DNA of 64,000 nt from an uncultured Bifidobacteriaceae bacterium (GTDB lineage Bacteria; Actinomycetota; Actinomycetes; S36-B12; CAIYMF01). The notes below the pieces were generated by a model. That model did no database searches. It was not told the origin of the DNA and saw only the letters and a program-made list of their open reading frames with translations. The translations under genes were made by a program, and so were the position numbers. Of the stretch, positions 49,266-58,553 are shown piece by piece; position 1 is the first letter of the stretch; each line of letters begins with the position of its first letter. The stretch spans positions 48-64,047 of the forward strand of contig CAYQMN010000013.1 in assembly GCA_964418695.1 (NCBI GenBank), in the 5' to 3' direction.

Positions 49266-50753
49266 ATGCCCGATTCAGCCGGCAAGAAGATCCGCGTGCG
49301 CTCCAAGCGCCCCCTGTGGATGCCGATCCTCGCCGCGGCCCTGACGTTCATCGGGGTGTTCGGGCTGTTCGTGCGCCAGAACAAGGAGGCCCAGAGCCTG
49401 AACTCCCCGACGGCGCCGGCGGGTCTGCTGCCCCCGGAGCAGTCCAGCGGGACCGCGCTGGTGTCCGTGGGGAAGGTCACCGGGCTCCCGCTGCCGTGCA
49501 CCGCGTGGCTGGTCGATGCCGGGGCGGCGCCCGACGCCCGGGCCTACGCCGTGACTGCCGGGCGCTGCGTCGGCGTGGACGACGCCGCGACGGTACGGGC
49601 CGATGTCTCGGTGAATGGGGCGAGCATCGACTTCAACACGTTCGCCACCCTCACCTCGGCCGCCTACGTGGCGCCGGTCACCGCCTCGATCACCGATGTC
49701 GAGTGGGCCTCGGCGCGCGGCACGGATCTGGCCGTTCTGCGTCTGGGCACCACCTACGGGGCGCTGGCCGACCAGGGCGTGCTGCCCATCGCCCCGGTGG
49801 CGCCGCTGGCCGACGGGGGCCAGATCCTGGTGCCCAGCGTCCCGGTGGAGGGGGTGCCGGCCGATCAGCAGCACCTGCGCGGCAGCCGCTGCGCCATCGG
49901 GGTGACGACCGACGTGGCCGAGCAGCCCTGGCTGTTCCACCACCTGCGCGCCTCGGACTGCGACGGGATCCTCGGCGGGTCGGCGGGGGCGCCGGCCCTG
50001 AACCCGGAGGGGCAGGCGGTCGGGATGGTCGTGACGACCACCATCGCCGCGCCGGACGGCCCCGACTGCTCCGTGGGCAGGCCGTGCGAGGCGCGCGACG
50101 GCACGGTCGGGTTCCACGCCGACACCACCTACCTCACCCCGGTCGACCTGCTGGCCGGGTGCTTCCCCAAGGGCACCTTCGCCACCGGGCCTGACTGTGC
50201 GCTGGAGGACCCGGCGAGCGTGGTGCAGGCGTCCGTCGGCTCGTCGACCTGGCCGGCCGGGGGCGCGGTGCGCATCGAGGTGGATGACCCGCCGTCGGGC
50301 CTGCAGGCGCAGGCGGGACCGCTCGGCTCGACCGACTGCTGGGCCGACCAGGGCTACGCGAAGGTGACCCCCGACGCCACGGACGCGATCACCGTCACCG
50401 CACCGACCAAGCAGGGGCTCGCGGTGGCCTGCGTGCGCGCGGCCGGGCAGCCCACGCCGCTGCTGCTGACCATCACCGGCTCGGCCCCGGATGCCAGTGC
50501 GATCGCGTTGTCGCGGGTGCCGGTCGAGGGCGGCGTCGAGGTCGCACCCGTCCCGGATCCGCCGACCTACGCCTCGTTCACATGGGCGATGGGTCCGGCG
50601 GGGTCCACCGACTGCGCGAAGATCGAGGGGTACGCCGAGTCCGGCGACGACCCGGTCCTGATCCAGTCCGCCGACCTGCCGGCGACCGTGTGCGTGATCG
50701 CGCGCGACGCCGCCGGGACCCCCTCCGCGCCCTCCGCCTTCCAGCTGGGCTGA
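49266..50753 (+). CDS. Membrane-anchored trypsin-like (S1) domain protein, possibly catalytically altered, with a Cys-rich C-terminal region
   Basis: ATG 49266 opens an N-terminal TM anchor (PLWMPILAAALTFIGVFGLFV). The S1-like motifs are AVTAGRCVG (where TAAHC is expected), GTDLAVLRL and ILGGSAGAPAL. Confidence 0.6.
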   Translation: MPDSAGKKIRVRSKRPLWMPILAAALTFIGVFGLFVRQNKEAQSLNSPTAPAGLLPPEQSSGTALVSVGKVTGLPLPCTAWLVDAGAAPDARAYAVTAGRCVGVDDAATVRADVSVNGASIDFNTFATLTSAAYVAPVTASITDVEWASARGTDLAVLRLGTTYGALADQGVLPIAPVAPLADGGQILVPSVPVEGVPADQQHLRGSRCAIGVTTDVAEQPWLFHHLRASDCDGILGGSAGAPALNPEGQAVGMVVTTTIAAPDGPDCSVGRPCEARDGTVGFHADTTYLTPVDLLAGCFPKGTFATGPDCALEDPASVVQASVGSSTWPAGGAVRIEVDDPPSGLQAQAGPLGSTDCWADQGYAKVTPDATDAITVTAPTKQGLAVACVRAAGQPTPLLLTITGSAPDASAIALSRVPVEGGVEVAPVPDPPTYASFTWAMGPAGSTDCAKIEGYAESGDDPVLIQSADLPATVCVIARDAAGTPSAPSAFQLG

Positions 50754-50844
50754 CCTCAGCCCGCGACCGGCCCGCGACCGGCCCGCGCCCGCCCACCCGT
50801 CCCTCGCCCGGCGGCTCGACGCCGCCCGGTGCCAGGATGGCCGC

Positions 50845-52212
50845 ATGCCTGACGTGCGCGCGGACCACCTGAGGAGCCTGGTCGAGGCCGGTCACGAGCG
50901 GGCCGTGGCCGACCTGTGCGACCTCGTCCGGATCCCCAGCGTCAGCCGCGAGGGGCTGGACGGCGAGCAGCTGACGCGCAGCGCCCAGGCCGTGGCCGAC
51001 CTGCTCGCCGATGCGGGCGTGCCCGAGGTTCGGATCGTCCGCGAGGGCGGGGGACCGGCGGTGCTCGGCCACATCCCCTCTCCCCCGGGGGCGCCGACCG
51101 TGCTGCTCTACGCCCACCACGACGTCCAGCCGGCGGGGAGTCTGGCGGACTGGACGACCGAGCCGTTCGAGCCGAGCGCGCTCGACGGGCGGCTGCACGG
51201 CCGCGGGGCCGCCGACGACAAGGCCGGCGTGCTGGCCCATGTCGGGGCGATCCGGGTGTTGCGCGAGGCGTTTCCCGACGGGTTCCCGGTCGGGGTCACG
51301 GTCTTCGTGGAGGGCGAGGAGGAGGTCGGCTCGCCCTCGATGGCCGACTTCCTGGCCCGGCATGCCGCGGCGCTGGCCGCCGACGTCGTGGTCATCGCCG
51401 ACTCCTCGAACTGGGAGGTGGACGTGCCCGCGTTCACCACCTCGCTGCGCGGTCTGGTCGAAGTGATCGTGGAGGTGCGCACCCACGCGGGCGAGCAGCA
51501 CTCCGGCGTCTTCGGCGGGCTGTTCCCGGACGCGCTCACCTCGCTGTGCCGCCTGCTGGCCGGGCTGCACGACGAGGCCGGCCGAGTCGCGGTGCCGGGC
51601 CTGGTCAGCGCACCCGCGCCGGCCGTCGACCTCGACGAGGCGGCGCTGCGCGCCGAGGCCGGCGTGCTGCCCGGGGTCGTCTCGCTGGGGGAGGGCACGG
51701 CGGCGCATCGGATCTGGGGGCAGCCGGCGGTGACCGTGCTGGCCATCGACGCGCCGGCGACCGCGGCGGCGGCCAACGTCCTGCTCCCGGTCGCCCGCGC
51801 GACGGTGAGCATGCGCATCCCGCCCGGCCAGGAGCCGGCCGCCGCCCAGCAGGCGCTGGCCGACCACCTGATCGCCACGGCGCCGTGGGGTGTGGAGGTC
51901 ACCTGCACTCCGGGCTCGGCCGGCAGCCCGGTCGCGATGACTCCGCAGGGGCCGACCGCGGACCTGGCGACCCGGGCGTTCGCCGACGCCTGGGACGGGA
52001 CCGCGCCGGTGCACATGGGGATCGGCGGGTCGATCCCGTTCATCGCCGACTTCGCCGAGCAGTTCCCGCAGGCCACGATTCTCGTGGTCGGCCCGGGGGA
52101 CCCGGCGTCGTGCTGGCACGGCCCCAACGAGAGCGTCGACCTCGACGTGCTGCGCCGCCTGACCCTGGCCGAGGTCCTGCTGATGGCCGGACTCGCCGGC
52201 GACCTGGACTGA
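50845..52212 (+). CDS. M20-family dipeptidase/deacylase
   Basis: Carries the motifs YAHHDVQP, GRGAADDKAG and VEGEEEVGS. Confidence 0.85.
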   Translation: MPDVRADHLRSLVEAGHERAVADLCDLVRIPSVSREGLDGEQLTRSAQAVADLLADAGVPEVRIVREGGGPAVLGHIPSPPGAPTVLLYAHHDVQPAGSLADWTTEPFEPSALDGRLHGRGAADDKAGVLAHVGAIRVLREAFPDGFPVGVTVFVEGEEEVGSPSMADFLARHAAALAADVVVIADSSNWEVDVPAFTTSLRGLVEVIVEVRTHAGEQHSGVFGGLFPDALTSLCRLLAGLHDEAGRVAVPGLVSAPAPAVDLDEAALRAEAGVLPGVVSLGEGTAAHRIWGQPAVTVLAIDAPATAAAANVLLPVARATVSMRIPPGQEPAAAQQALADHLIATAPWGVEVTCTPGSAGSPVAMTPQGPTADLATRAFADAWDGTAPVHMGIGGSIPFIADFAEQFPQATILVVGPGDPASCWHGPNESVDLDVLRRLTLAEVLLMAGLAGDLD

Positions 52213-52313
52213 CCCCCGCACGATCCGCACGGCCGCCGCCACCGCGTGCAACCCGATCCAAGGGCGGGGATTTGGGGGCCTCCGTCCGGCCGGATACGAT
52301 GGGCCCCGCCCTG

Positions 52314-52385
52314 GCCCCCGTAGCTCAGGGGATAGAGCAGTGGCCTCCGGAGCCATGCGCGCAGGTTCGAATCCTGCCGGGGGCG
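52314..52385 (+). tRNA. tRNA-Arg (anticodon CCG)
   Basis: It folds as a cloverleaf. The acceptor stem is GCCCCCG/CGGGGGC, the D-arm is GCTC-AGGGGATA-GAGC and the anticodon arm is GTGGC-CTCCGGA-GCCAT. The T-arm is GCAGG-TTCGAAT-CCTGC and the discriminator is G. CCA is not exactly encoded (GCCCA follows). Confidence 0.9.
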
Positions 52386-52576
52386 CCCAGCGTCACCGCA
52401 GGTCAGAGGCCGGTTTCCCGCCCGTGTGACCAGCGTAAACCCCAGGCACCCCCGGCGCGCCCGGTCACACGGCGCACGGACGACCTACGCGGCCGTCTCC
52501 AGGCCCGCCAGGAACGCCTCGTGGCCCGCGCCGGATTCAGCACGACCTCGCAACGTCGCGTGCGCCTCCGCCGGGC

Positions 52577-53519
52577 TCAGTCGAAGGCGCGCAGTTGCTC
52601 ACCCGGTTCTGACCAGCCCACCACGCGCACGATTCTGCGAGTCACCTTGATCCCACCGTCAGCCTGTTCCTGCTCCGTGACCTCGACATCGCAACCCAGC
52701 CGAATCCCCGGCACGATCGGGAACTCTCGCCTGTCCATCCGCTCGAGGAACGCCTCGTCCTCGACCGGGATGTTCATCCGCGCGTCGCCGTACCGGAACG
52801 TCCACGCTGCCCTTCCCTCGAGCACGACCTTGACCAACGTCAGCGTCATCCGAGTGGTGCTCACGTGGAGCTGGTCCACGGTCTCCGCGTCGAACCAGGC
52901 CTGGTCGCCCGGGACGAGCACCTCATCGGCATCCCCACCCTGGATCTCCACCGAAGCATCAGATCCTGCCGACTCCACGGGTTGAAGCACGCCTCTTGCC
53001 GCCCGCCGGAACATCGGGTCCGCCACCAGCCGGGCGGTCGCGGGGTCGACCGTGATGTTCACGGTGACGTCCCCCTTCACCACGATGCTGACGTTCCCAC
53101 GGTCGTCGGGCAGCTGCTTGAACGGCCCGCCGCTCCAGTCGCCTGACCACGGCCATGGCGGAGGGCACCATGCCCGCCAGCGTCCAGACGTTGACCAAGG
53201 TGGTCGCCTCGCGCCCGGTCAACACCTGCATCGCTCGACTGAACACCCCACCGACATCGGCGAGGATGAGGTCCACCACGAACGAGCCCGGCTCGTTGGC
53301 CGCGATCCGCACCTGCGGCGCCCGAGCCTGCAGGTTCATCACCTGCGCAGCCCGCCCATACGCCCGGCTCAGGGCAATCAGGCTCCCCGCATAGGCGTCG
53401 ACGTCCATCGAGTCGTCAGCGGCAAGGCAGCACCCGCGAACCTCACCCGAACCGCCGCTGTCGGCATGTCCGGGACCGTACCCGTGCCCTCTGTCATCAC
53501 TAGCCTCTCGAACCGCCAC
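52577..53519 (-). pseudogene. Hypothetical gene apparently split by a +1 frameshift near 53135-53145 (or two overlapping ORFs)
   Basis: ORF 52959..53519 looks protein-like until ..TLAGMVPSAMAVV and then becomes Arg-rich junk. The frame of ORF 52577..53083 is open and protein-like from ..DWSGGPFKQLPDDRGNVSIVVKGDVTV.. onward. No family recognised. Confidence 0.35.
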
Positions 53520-53689
53520 TCGTGGGCCATCTGATGGTCATGCCCGGTCTTCGGCCGGGGCGGCCGCGAGACTCAGCCCGCCGGCTCGACCCTCTACGCC
53601 GCCCCGGACGCCGGCGACGTTTGGGCCACCTGGCCAGCGGGTATCACGCGGACATCACCCCTGGCCCCTACCCACGACGAGGAACCGCA

Positions 53690-53992
53690 ATGCCCACACC
53701 CAAGAGACTCCTCGGCGCCGTCACCGTGGCCGCGATCGCCATCACGCCCGTCCTCGGCGCGGCGCCCGCCCAGGCCGCCGCTCCCGCCAAGGCCAAGCCC
53801 GCCAACTGCAAGACCGTCAACGCCAAGTACCCCGGCGCAGTCGCCCAGAACTCGAAGGTGCGCAACACCAAGGTCTCCGGCGGCAAGAAGGTCCCCGCCA
53901 AGAGCACCCACAAGCCCAAGGTCAGCAAGTCGCTGTACAAGAAGTACCACAAGCTCGACCGCGACAAGGACGGCATCGCCTGCGAGCGGTGA
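53690..53992 (+). CDS. Secreted Excalibur calcium-binding-domain protein
   Basis: ATG 53690 has GAGGAA upstream. There is a signal peptide, then a Lys-rich region, then the C-terminal motif DRDKDGIACE. Confidence 0.75.
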   Translation: MPTPKRLLGAVTVAAIAITPVLGAAPAQAAAPAKAKPANCKTVNAKYPGAVAQNSKVRNTKVSGGKKVPAKSTHKPKVSKSLYKKYHKLDRDKDGIACER

Positions 53993-54067
53993 CGGCCGCC
54001 GGGAGCCCGCCGTCGTGGCCCCCGCTGACGATCCGGGCGGGCCTGTGCGCGCAACTACCATGACGCC

Positions 54068-55732
54068 ATGACCCCCGACGCATTGGCCGCTCTCATCACC
54101 GCGAGCATCCGCGACCTGGTGGCGGACAGCCGGATCACCCTGCCCGACGATCATCGGGTCCTGGCCACGGTCGAGCGTCCGAAGAACCGCGAGCACGGCG
54201 ACTACGCGACGGCCGTCGCGATGACCCTGGCGAAGGCCGCCCGGATGCCACCGCGGGCCATCGGCGAGCTGCTCGCCGAGCGCCTGCAGGAGAGTCCCGC
54301 GATCGCCCGGGCCGAGGTGGCCGGGCCGGGCTTCGTCAACATCTGCCTGGAGACCGCGTCCCTGGGTGAGGTGGCGTCGCGGATCGTGGCCGAGAGCGAG
54401 CACTACGGCCGGTCCACCGCCCAGGCCGGCCGTTGGATCAACATCGAGTTCATCTCGGCCAACCCGACCGGGCCGATCCACCTGGGGCACACGCGCTGGG
54501 CCGCCGTCGGCGACTCGATCGCCCGAGTGCTGGCTGCCGAGGGCGCCTCGGTGACCCGCGAGTTCTACATCAACGACCGCGGCGTGCAGATGGAGCGGTT
54601 CGGCGAGTCGATCCGCAACGCGGCGCACGGCCGGCCCGCCCCCGAGGGCGGCTACCACGGCGACTACGTCAAGGAGCTGGCAGCCCAGATCGTGGCGTCG
54701 GAGCCCGGCATCACCGCGCTGCCCGATGACCGGCAGGCCGAGCAGTTCCGCGAGGCCGGCTACCGCGCGCAGCTGGCCGCCCAGCAGGAGAGCCTGGAGC
54801 GGTTCCGCACCCACTTCGAGGTGTGGACCTCCGAGCGCTCCCTGCACGAGGCCGGTGCGGTCGAGGAGGCGTTCGAGACACTGCGCGCGCAGGGCCACGT
54901 CTACGAGTCCGAGGGCGCGGTGTGGCTGCGGACCACCGAGTTCGGCGACGACAAGGACCGCGTGCTGGTCAAGGCCGACGGCGAGCTGACCTACTTCGCC
55001 TCCGACACCGCCTACTACGTGGACAAACGCCGCCGCGGGTTCGACCGCTGCATCTACCTGCTCGGCGCGGACCACCACGGGTACGTCAACCGGCTGCGCG
55101 CGGTCGCCGCGTGCGCGGGCGACGACCCCGACACCGGCATCGAGATCCTCATCGGCCAGCTGGTGAAGATGATCAAGGGCGGCGAGGAGGTCAAGCTCAG
55201 CAAGCGCGCCGGGCACATCATCACCATCGACGACCTGGTCGACGAGGTGGGCGTGGACGCCGCCCGCTACTCGCTGATCCGCTACCCGGTGGACTCCCCG
55301 CTGGTGCTTGACGTCGACCTGCTGCTGCGCCGCACCAACGACAACCCGGTCTTCTACGTGCAGTACGCGTCGGCGCGGATCGCGTCGGTGCTGCGGCACG
55401 CCGACGATCTGGGCATCGACTGGCGCTCGGCGCACTTCGAGCCCGCGGCGCTCGCGCATGATCGGGAGAGCGCGCTGCTCGGCGTCCTGGCCGAGTTCCC
55501 GCGCGTGGTCGCCTCGGCCGCCGAGCTGCGCGAGCCGCACCGCGTGGCCCGCTACCTGGAGACCTTGGCCACCGCCTACCACCGCTTCTACGACGTCTGC
55601 CGAGTGCTGCCGATGGGCGAGGAGCCCGCGCAGGAGCAGCACATCGCCCGGCTGTGGCTGTGCGCGGCCTCCCGCCAGGTCTTCGTCAACGGCCTGGACC
55701 TGCTCGGGGTCACCGCGCCGGAGCGGATGTAG
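54068..55732 (+). CDS. argS: Arginine--tRNA ligase
   Basis: The HIGH-type motif is SANPTGPIHLGHTR and the KMSK-type motif is VKLSKRAG. The length (554 aa) and domain order are typical. Confidence 0.95.
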   Translation: MTPDALAALITASIRDLVADSRITLPDDHRVLATVERPKNREHGDYATAVAMTLAKAARMPPRAIGELLAERLQESPAIARAEVAGPGFVNICLETASLGEVASRIVAESEHYGRSTAQAGRWINIEFISANPTGPIHLGHTRWAAVGDSIARVLAAEGASVTREFYINDRGVQMERFGESIRNAAHGRPAPEGGYHGDYVKELAAQIVASEPGITALPDDRQAEQFREAGYRAQLAAQQESLERFRTHFEVWTSERSLHEAGAVEEAFETLRAQGHVYESEGAVWLRTTEFGDDKDRVLVKADGELTYFASDTAYYVDKRRRGFDRCIYLLGADHHGYVNRLRAVAACAGDDPDTGIEILIGQLVKMIKGGEEVKLSKRAGHIITIDDLVDEVGVDAARYSLIRYPVDSPLVLDVDLLLRRTNDNPVFYVQYASARIASVLRHADDLGIDWRSAHFEPAALAHDRESALLGVLAEFPRVVASAAELREPHRVARYLETLATAYHRFYDVCRVLPMGEEPAQEQHIARLWLCAASRQVFVNGLDLLGVTAPERM

Positions 55733-55738
55733 CCGCGG

Positions 55739-56935
55739 GTGCCCGCCGATCGCGGGGGGTCGCCGCCGGACGAGCGGGCCCCCGGCCAACCGGGTCAGCC
55801 GGGACGCAGCCCCGAGTCCGCTGGCGCGGGCGCCGCTGGGCCGGGCGAGTCGGGCCATGCGCAGCCGGGCCGCGGCCCCGAATCCGCCGGTGTGGGTGCC
55901 GCTGGGGCCGGCGAGTCCGAGCCAGGGACGGGTTCCGGTGCCGACATCGACGACGCGGAGTCGGCGACCCGCGTCGGCATCCGTGGGTCCGTCGAGCTGG
56001 CCCGCAGCGAGCATGCGTCGCCCAGCGTCGTGACCTGGGTGCAGCGCCTCGGTCGGCCCCTGCCGGATCGGGTGCTGCGCGGCATCTGGTTCTGGGTCGC
56101 GGTCTACTCGCGGTTCGCCCGGCATCGCGGTCCGGTCCTGGCCGGTGGGCTGGCGTTCTTCGGGCTGCTCTCGCTGGTGCCCGCGTTCCTGTCGCTGGCC
56201 TCGGTGGCCACCCTCCTGATCGAGCCGGCCAGCATCGCGGCGGCCGCCGACACGATCCTGGCCAACAACCCGCAGGCCGCCGAGACCCTCCAGCCGATCT
56301 TCGACCTGGCGCACGAGGCCGCCACCGCGGGGTCCTCCTCCGCGTCCCTGACCGCGATGGTGAGCCTGGGCGTCTCCCTGTATGCCGCGAGCCGGTTCAT
56401 CTACGTGGGCCATCAGGTCCTGGACATCGCATTCGAGACCGCCCCGAAGCCGCCCACGCTCCTCAAGCGGATGGCGGCGATCGCCGTCACTCTGCTCGCC
56501 CAGCTGGCCTTCGTGGTCGGCATCCTGGTGCTCGGACTGGTGCCGCGTGTGCTGGGTGTCCTGGGCATCGCCGAGGCCTACGAGGCGGCCCTTCGGATCC
56601 TGCGCCAGCCGCTCATGGTGGTGGCCGTGTATCTGCTGCTCACGGCCTCGGTCCGCTACGGGATCCGGCTGGGCCGGTCGGTCCCCTGGCTCAACCCCGG
56701 CGCGGCTGCCGGCACGCTCATCGTCGCGATCGGCACCGGGGGCCTGTCGTGGTTCCTGCACGTCTCGCGCACCTACTCCGAGATCGTCACGGTGCTGGGC
56801 GGGGTGATCGCCCTGGAGCTGTGGCTCTACGTCATCGGCATCGGGATCGTCGTGTCCGCCGAGACCGAGGGGGTGCGCCACCGGCTGCGCCGCGAGGCCG
56901 CGAACGGCAGCGCGGGCGTCCTCGACGCCTCCTGA
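55739..56935 (+). CDS. YihY/BrkB-family membrane protein with a repeat-containing N-terminal extension
   Basis: Carries GGLAFFGLLSLVPAFL and multiple TM helices typical of YihY. The start (GTG 55739) is uncertain because the first ~100 aa are low-complexity. Confidence 0.7.
   Translation: MPADRGGSPPDERAPGQPGQPGRSPESAGAGAAGPGESGHAQPGRGPESAGVGAAGAGESEPGTGSGADIDDAESATRVGIRGSVELARSEHASPSVVTWVQRLGRPLPDRVLRGIWFWVAVYSRFARHRGPVLAGGLAFFGLLSLVPAFLSLASVATLLIEPASIAAAADTILANNPQAAETLQPIFDLAHEAATAGSSSASLTAMVSLGVSLYAASRFIYVGHQVLDIAFETAPKPPTLLKRMAAIAVTLLAQLAFVVGILVLGLVPRVLGVLGIAEAYEAALRILRQPLMVVAVYLLLTASVRYGIRLGRSVPWLNPGAAAGTLIVAIGTGGLSWFLHVSRTYSEIVTVLGGVIALELWLYVIGIGIVVSAETEGVRHRLRREAANGSAGVLDAS
55796..55927. 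repeat. 66-bp tandem repeat x2 inside the 5' part of the yihY-like CDS
   Basis: Units start at 55796 and 55862 (CAGCCGGG[A/C]CGC[A/G]GCCCCGA[G/A]TCCGC..). They encode QPGR[S/G]PESAG[A/V]GAAG[P/A]GES... Confidence 0.8.
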
Positions 56936-56989
56936 CCTCCGAAGCCCGACGCGACCAGCCGGGGTGCGGCCGCGCCTAGAATCCCGGCC

Positions 56990-58426
56990 ATGCGCGCCCA
57001 CCCCGCCGGACCCCTGCACGGCGACGGCCTCCCGCACGCCGAGATGCCCGCCGCCCCCGACCAGGCCGCGATGGCTCGCCTCGATGCCCGGATCTGGCCG
57101 GCCACCGCCCGCCGCGACGCGGCTGGCCGGATCGTCGTGGGTGGTCGCCCCGTCACCGACCTGGCCGTCGAGCACGGCACGCCGCTGATGCTCCTGGACG
57201 AGGCCGACTTCCGCTCGCGCGCCTCGTCGTTCCGCTCGGCGTTCGAGGATGCGGACGTGCCCGGCTCGGTCTCGTTCGCCGGCAAGGCGTTCCTGAGCGG
57301 CACCACGGTGGCCTGGCTGGACCAGGAGGGCCTGGGCCTGGACGTCTGCACCGGCGGCGAGCTGGCCCTCGCGCTGGCGGCCGGCTTTCCTGCCGAGCGG
57401 ATCACCCTGCACGGCAACAACAAGTCGCACGCCGAGCTGACCGCCGGGCTGGCCGCGGGCATCGGCTGCTTCGTCATCGACTCCCTGGAGGAGGTCCACC
57501 TGCTGGCCGACCTGGCCGGCGAGCTGGGCCACACCGCGCGTGTCCTGGTCCGGGTGACCACCGGCGTCGAGGCGCACACCCACGAGTTCATCGCCACCGC
57601 GCACGAGGACCAGAAGTTCGGGCTCTCGCTGACCTCGGGTGCCGCGATCGAGGCGGTGCAGGCCGTCGCCGCCCGCCGCGAGCTGGTCCTGGCCGGCATC
57701 CACTCGCACATCGGCTCGCAGATCTTCAGCACGTCGGGCTTCGAGGTGGCCGCGCACCGCGTGGTCGGGTTCCTCGCGGCCCTGGCCGACGAGCACGCGA
57801 TCGAGGTGGGCGAGCTGAACCTCGGCGGCGGCATGGGCATCGCCTACCTGCCCACCGACGACCCGGTCGCCCCGGTCGCGATGGCCGAGGCGCTGCGAGC
57901 CATCGTCTCCGCCGAGTGCGCCAGCCGGGGGCTGCCGATCCCGCGGATCACCGTCGAGCCCGGTCGCGCGATCGCCGGCCCGAGCATGGTCACGCTCTAC
58001 GAGGTCGGCACGGTCAAGCCGGTGGAGTACCGTGCGGGCGCCTGGCGCACGTACGTCTCGGTCGACGGCGGGATGAGCGACAACATCCGCACCGCGCTCT
58101 ACGACGCGGAGTACACGTGCGCCCTGGCCAACCGGGTGTCCAGCGCCCCGGCGATGCTGGCCCGCATCGTGGGCAAGCACTGCGAGTCCGGCGACGTGGT
58201 CGTGCGCGACGTCTGGCTGCCCGGTGACGTCCAGCGCGGCGACCTGCTGGCGGTGGCCGCGACCGGCGCGTACTGCCGGGCCATGGCGTCGAACTACAAC
58301 GTGATCCCGCGACCGCCCGTGGTCTCGGTGCGTGGCGGCGCCGACCGAGTGGTCCTGCGCCGAGAGACCCTGCGCGACCTGTTCGCCCTGGACCCCGTCC
58401 TCGCCGACGCGCTGCTGCCCGCCTGA
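56990..58426 (+). CDS. lysA: Diaminopimelate decarboxylase
   Basis: Carries the Orn/DAP/Arg decarboxylase motifs FAGKAF (PLP Lys), HSHIGSQ, GGGMGIAY, EPGRAI and CESGD. Confidence 0.92.
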   Translation: MRAHPAGPLHGDGLPHAEMPAAPDQAAMARLDARIWPATARRDAAGRIVVGGRPVTDLAVEHGTPLMLLDEADFRSRASSFRSAFEDADVPGSVSFAGKAFLSGTTVAWLDQEGLGLDVCTGGELALALAAGFPAERITLHGNNKSHAELTAGLAAGIGCFVIDSLEEVHLLADLAGELGHTARVLVRVTTGVEAHTHEFIATAHEDQKFGLSLTSGAAIEAVQAVAARRELVLAGIHSHIGSQIFSTSGFEVAAHRVVGFLAALADEHAIEVGELNLGGGMGIAYLPTDDPVAPVAMAEALRAIVSAECASRGLPIPRITVEPGRAIAGPSMVTLYEVGTVKPVEYRAGAWRTYVSVDGGMSDNIRTALYDAEYTCALANRVSSAPAMLARIVGKHCESGDVVVRDVWLPGDVQRGDLLAVAATGAYCRAMASNYNVIPRPPVVSVRGGADRVVLRRETLRDLFALDPVLADALLPA

Positions 58427-58441
58427 CCCGCGCTCCCGGCC

Positions 58442-58478
58442 GTCAGCCCAGAGGCCATCGAATGGCCCGTGGACTGAC
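58442..58478. repeat. 37-nt palindromic (REP-like) element, copy 2, intergenic after lysA
   Basis: GTCAGCCCAGAGGCCATCGAATGGCCCGTGGACTGAC has the perfect central hairpin GGCCAT-CGA-ATGGCC. It is related to the element at 29378..29414. Confidence 0.85.
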
Positions 58479-58553
58479 AACCCAGGCCGAAGGTCCGGGC
58501 GTGCGTGAGAGAATGGGCCGGTTCTCCATCTGACCGCCCTTAGGAGGGCCTGC

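Noticed and set aside
52314-53690. Integrated prophage or genomic island at tRNA-Arg
   Set aside because: I found no integrase or recombinase ORF and no direct repeat of the tRNA 3' end by eye downstream. Only one unrecognisable, possibly frameshifted gene is present, so it is kept as a low-confidence observation only.
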